Shown here piece after piece: positions 62,808 through 64,000 of a stretch of DNA of 64,000 bases. The DNA comes from an uncultured virus (IMG/VR IMGVR_UViG_3300031998_000055) (taxonomy: Duplodnaviria; Heunggongvirae; Uroviricota; Caudoviricetes): the IMG/VR virus record IMGVR_UViG_3300031998_000055. The stretch is one strand, 5' to 3'. The translations under genes and the position numbers were made by a program. The notes beneath the pieces were generated by a model. That model saw nothing but the letters and a program-made list of their open reading frames with translations, did not search any database and had not been told where the DNA came from. Position 1 is the stretch's first letter. Each line of letters starts with the position of its first letter.

Positions 62808-64000
62808 AGCGCGAGAATCGGTACATCAGAGAGAAGAAACGCTTCATCTCGGAATACAAGAAAGCGGTCAACGCCGCGTCGGGATCCCAGGTGGATGCCA
62901 ACGCCAACGTGACACAGAAAAACATTGCCACCCTTCAATGCGAGCTTGGCAAAAAAGACATAATCTCTCTGCGCAGGGCGATTATGCGCGATTATCTCAC
63001 CCAGAAGTTCGGGAAGAAGGCCGCCCATGATTATATGGCGGACCTCAAGCACCATTCCATCTACCAGAACGACGAGACGTCGCTGTTCCCTTATTGCGCG
63101 AGCGTATCCTTGTATCCGTTCTTACTCAACGGATTGAAGGATCTGGGGGGATCGAGCGATGCCCCAAAGCACGCGAATGGATTCATCGGTGGGCTCATCA
63201 ATCTGATATATCAGGTCGCGAGCCAATTCGCCGGCGCCATCGCGGTGCCCGAATTCCTGACGTATTTCGACCATTTCCTCCGCATCGACTATGGAGAGAA
63301 CTACATCGCCCATCTGGACGAGCCGGTCGAGGTTGTCGGGAAGCGCAAATTCACGTTAAGGCATAAGATCGAGGATTGGTTCCAGCAATTGGTCTACAGC
63401 ATCAATCAGCCGGCCGGAGCAAGGAATTACCAGTCCCCGTTCACGAATATCGCGTATTTCGATAAATACTATTTCCAGAGCATCTTCAAAGACTTCGTGT
63501 TCCCCGACGGCGACGAGCCGAAATGGAAGACCACGAAGGAATTGCAGAAGATGTTCATGAAGTGGTTCAATAGGGAAAGGCTTCGCGAAGTGCTGACGTT
63601 CCCTGTTGAAACGGCGAATCTTCTCGTGAAGAATGGGAAGTATGCCGATGAGGAAACGGCCGATTTCATGGCTGAGATGTGGTCCGAAGGGCATTCGTTC
63701 TTCATGTACCAGTCCGATTCGGTTGATGCACTGGCTTCGTGCTGTTTCAGTAAAGACCAGATGGTCCTTGCTCGCAGCATGAATCATGGAATTCCAAAAA
63801 TATATTTCGATACCTTTGAAAACATTGGCAAGACGTCTGATGGCCCCGACCGTACGAAATTCGAGGTCTTCCATAATGGATCTTGGTGCGCTGGCAAAAA
63901 AATTTCCTTGCCGAAGCGTCCGATGTTCAAAATAACGACCGCCAACAATAAAGAAATCATTGTTTCAGATAACCATCTCCATCCTACGCTCCGTGGCAAT
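62804..64000 (+). CDS. nrdD: anaerobic ribonucleoside-triphosphate reductase (partial, intein-containing)
   Basis: Hand-translated MKRENRY...NAASGSQVDANANV...PYCAS...SQFAGA...QSPFTN...LTFPVET...DALASC; runs off the window end, so it is absent from the ORF track. Confidence 0.9.
   Translation, partial: MKRENRYIREKKRFISEYKKAVNAASGSQVDANANVTQKNIATLQCELGKKDIISLRRAIMRDYLTQKFGKKAAHDYMADLKHHSIYQNDETSLFPYCASVSLYPFLLNGLKDLGGSSDAPKHANGFIGGLINLIYQVASQFAGAIAVPEFLTYFDHFLRIDYGENYIAHLDEPVEVVGKRKFTLRHKIEDWFQQLVYSINQPAGARNYQSPFTNIAYFDKYYFQSIFKDFVFPDGDEPKWKTTKELQKMFMKWFNRERLREVLTFPVETANLLVKNGKYADEETADFMAEMWSEGHSFFMYQSDSVDALASCCFSKDQMVLARSMNHGIPKIYFDTFENIGKTSDGPDRTKFEVFHNGSWCAGKKISLPKRPMFKITTANNKEIIVSDNHLHPTLRGN
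63743..64000 (+). mobile_element. intein (N-terminal part) in NrdD
   Basis: LASC|CFSKDQMV block A replaces the expected SCCRL; KITTANNKEIIVSDNHLH block B; shift to lower GC. Confidence 0.85.

Noticed and set aside
1..64000. Stop-codon reassignment
   Set aside because: Core genes are intact in the standard code, and TAA, TAG and TGA all serve as stops.

Overview
The window is a 64-kb segment of a large, GC-rich tailed phage (or prophage) with SPbeta-like gene order. Its host is probably an anaerobic Bacillota member, judging from AAAGGAGG ribosome-binding sites, sigmaA-type promoters and a class III RNR. Positions ~450-30750 hold a leftward block of about 45 mostly small accessory genes. These include an HNH-AP2 endonuclease, a Gp88-like protein, a DnaG primase, a MoxR-type AAA+/VWA pair and a YonO-like single-subunit RNA polymerase with a DFDGD motif. 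Positions ~30960-64000 hold a rightward block: terminase, portal, protease/scaffold, capsid, neck and tail tube genes, a low-GC glycosyltransferase/BspA-LRR island, holin, RuvC-like nuclease, tyrosine recombinase, NrdH, and an NrdD interrupted by an intein at its active-site Cys-Cys. The most striking unexplained signals are non-coding. (1) A ~1.03-kb region with no credible gene, saturated with hairpins (25396-26430), has a 13-bp end-to-end closing helix and its own terminator, and converges on the RNA polymerase operon. (2) About 20 copies of an AATCATTATCAT motif sit at the junctions of leftward genes. (3) C-GGA-G triloop hairpins lie on the template strand next to several of those motifs. 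(4) A different AAGCRAAAGGAG leader motif marks rightward genes. All calls come from reading the sequence by eye; no database searches were run.
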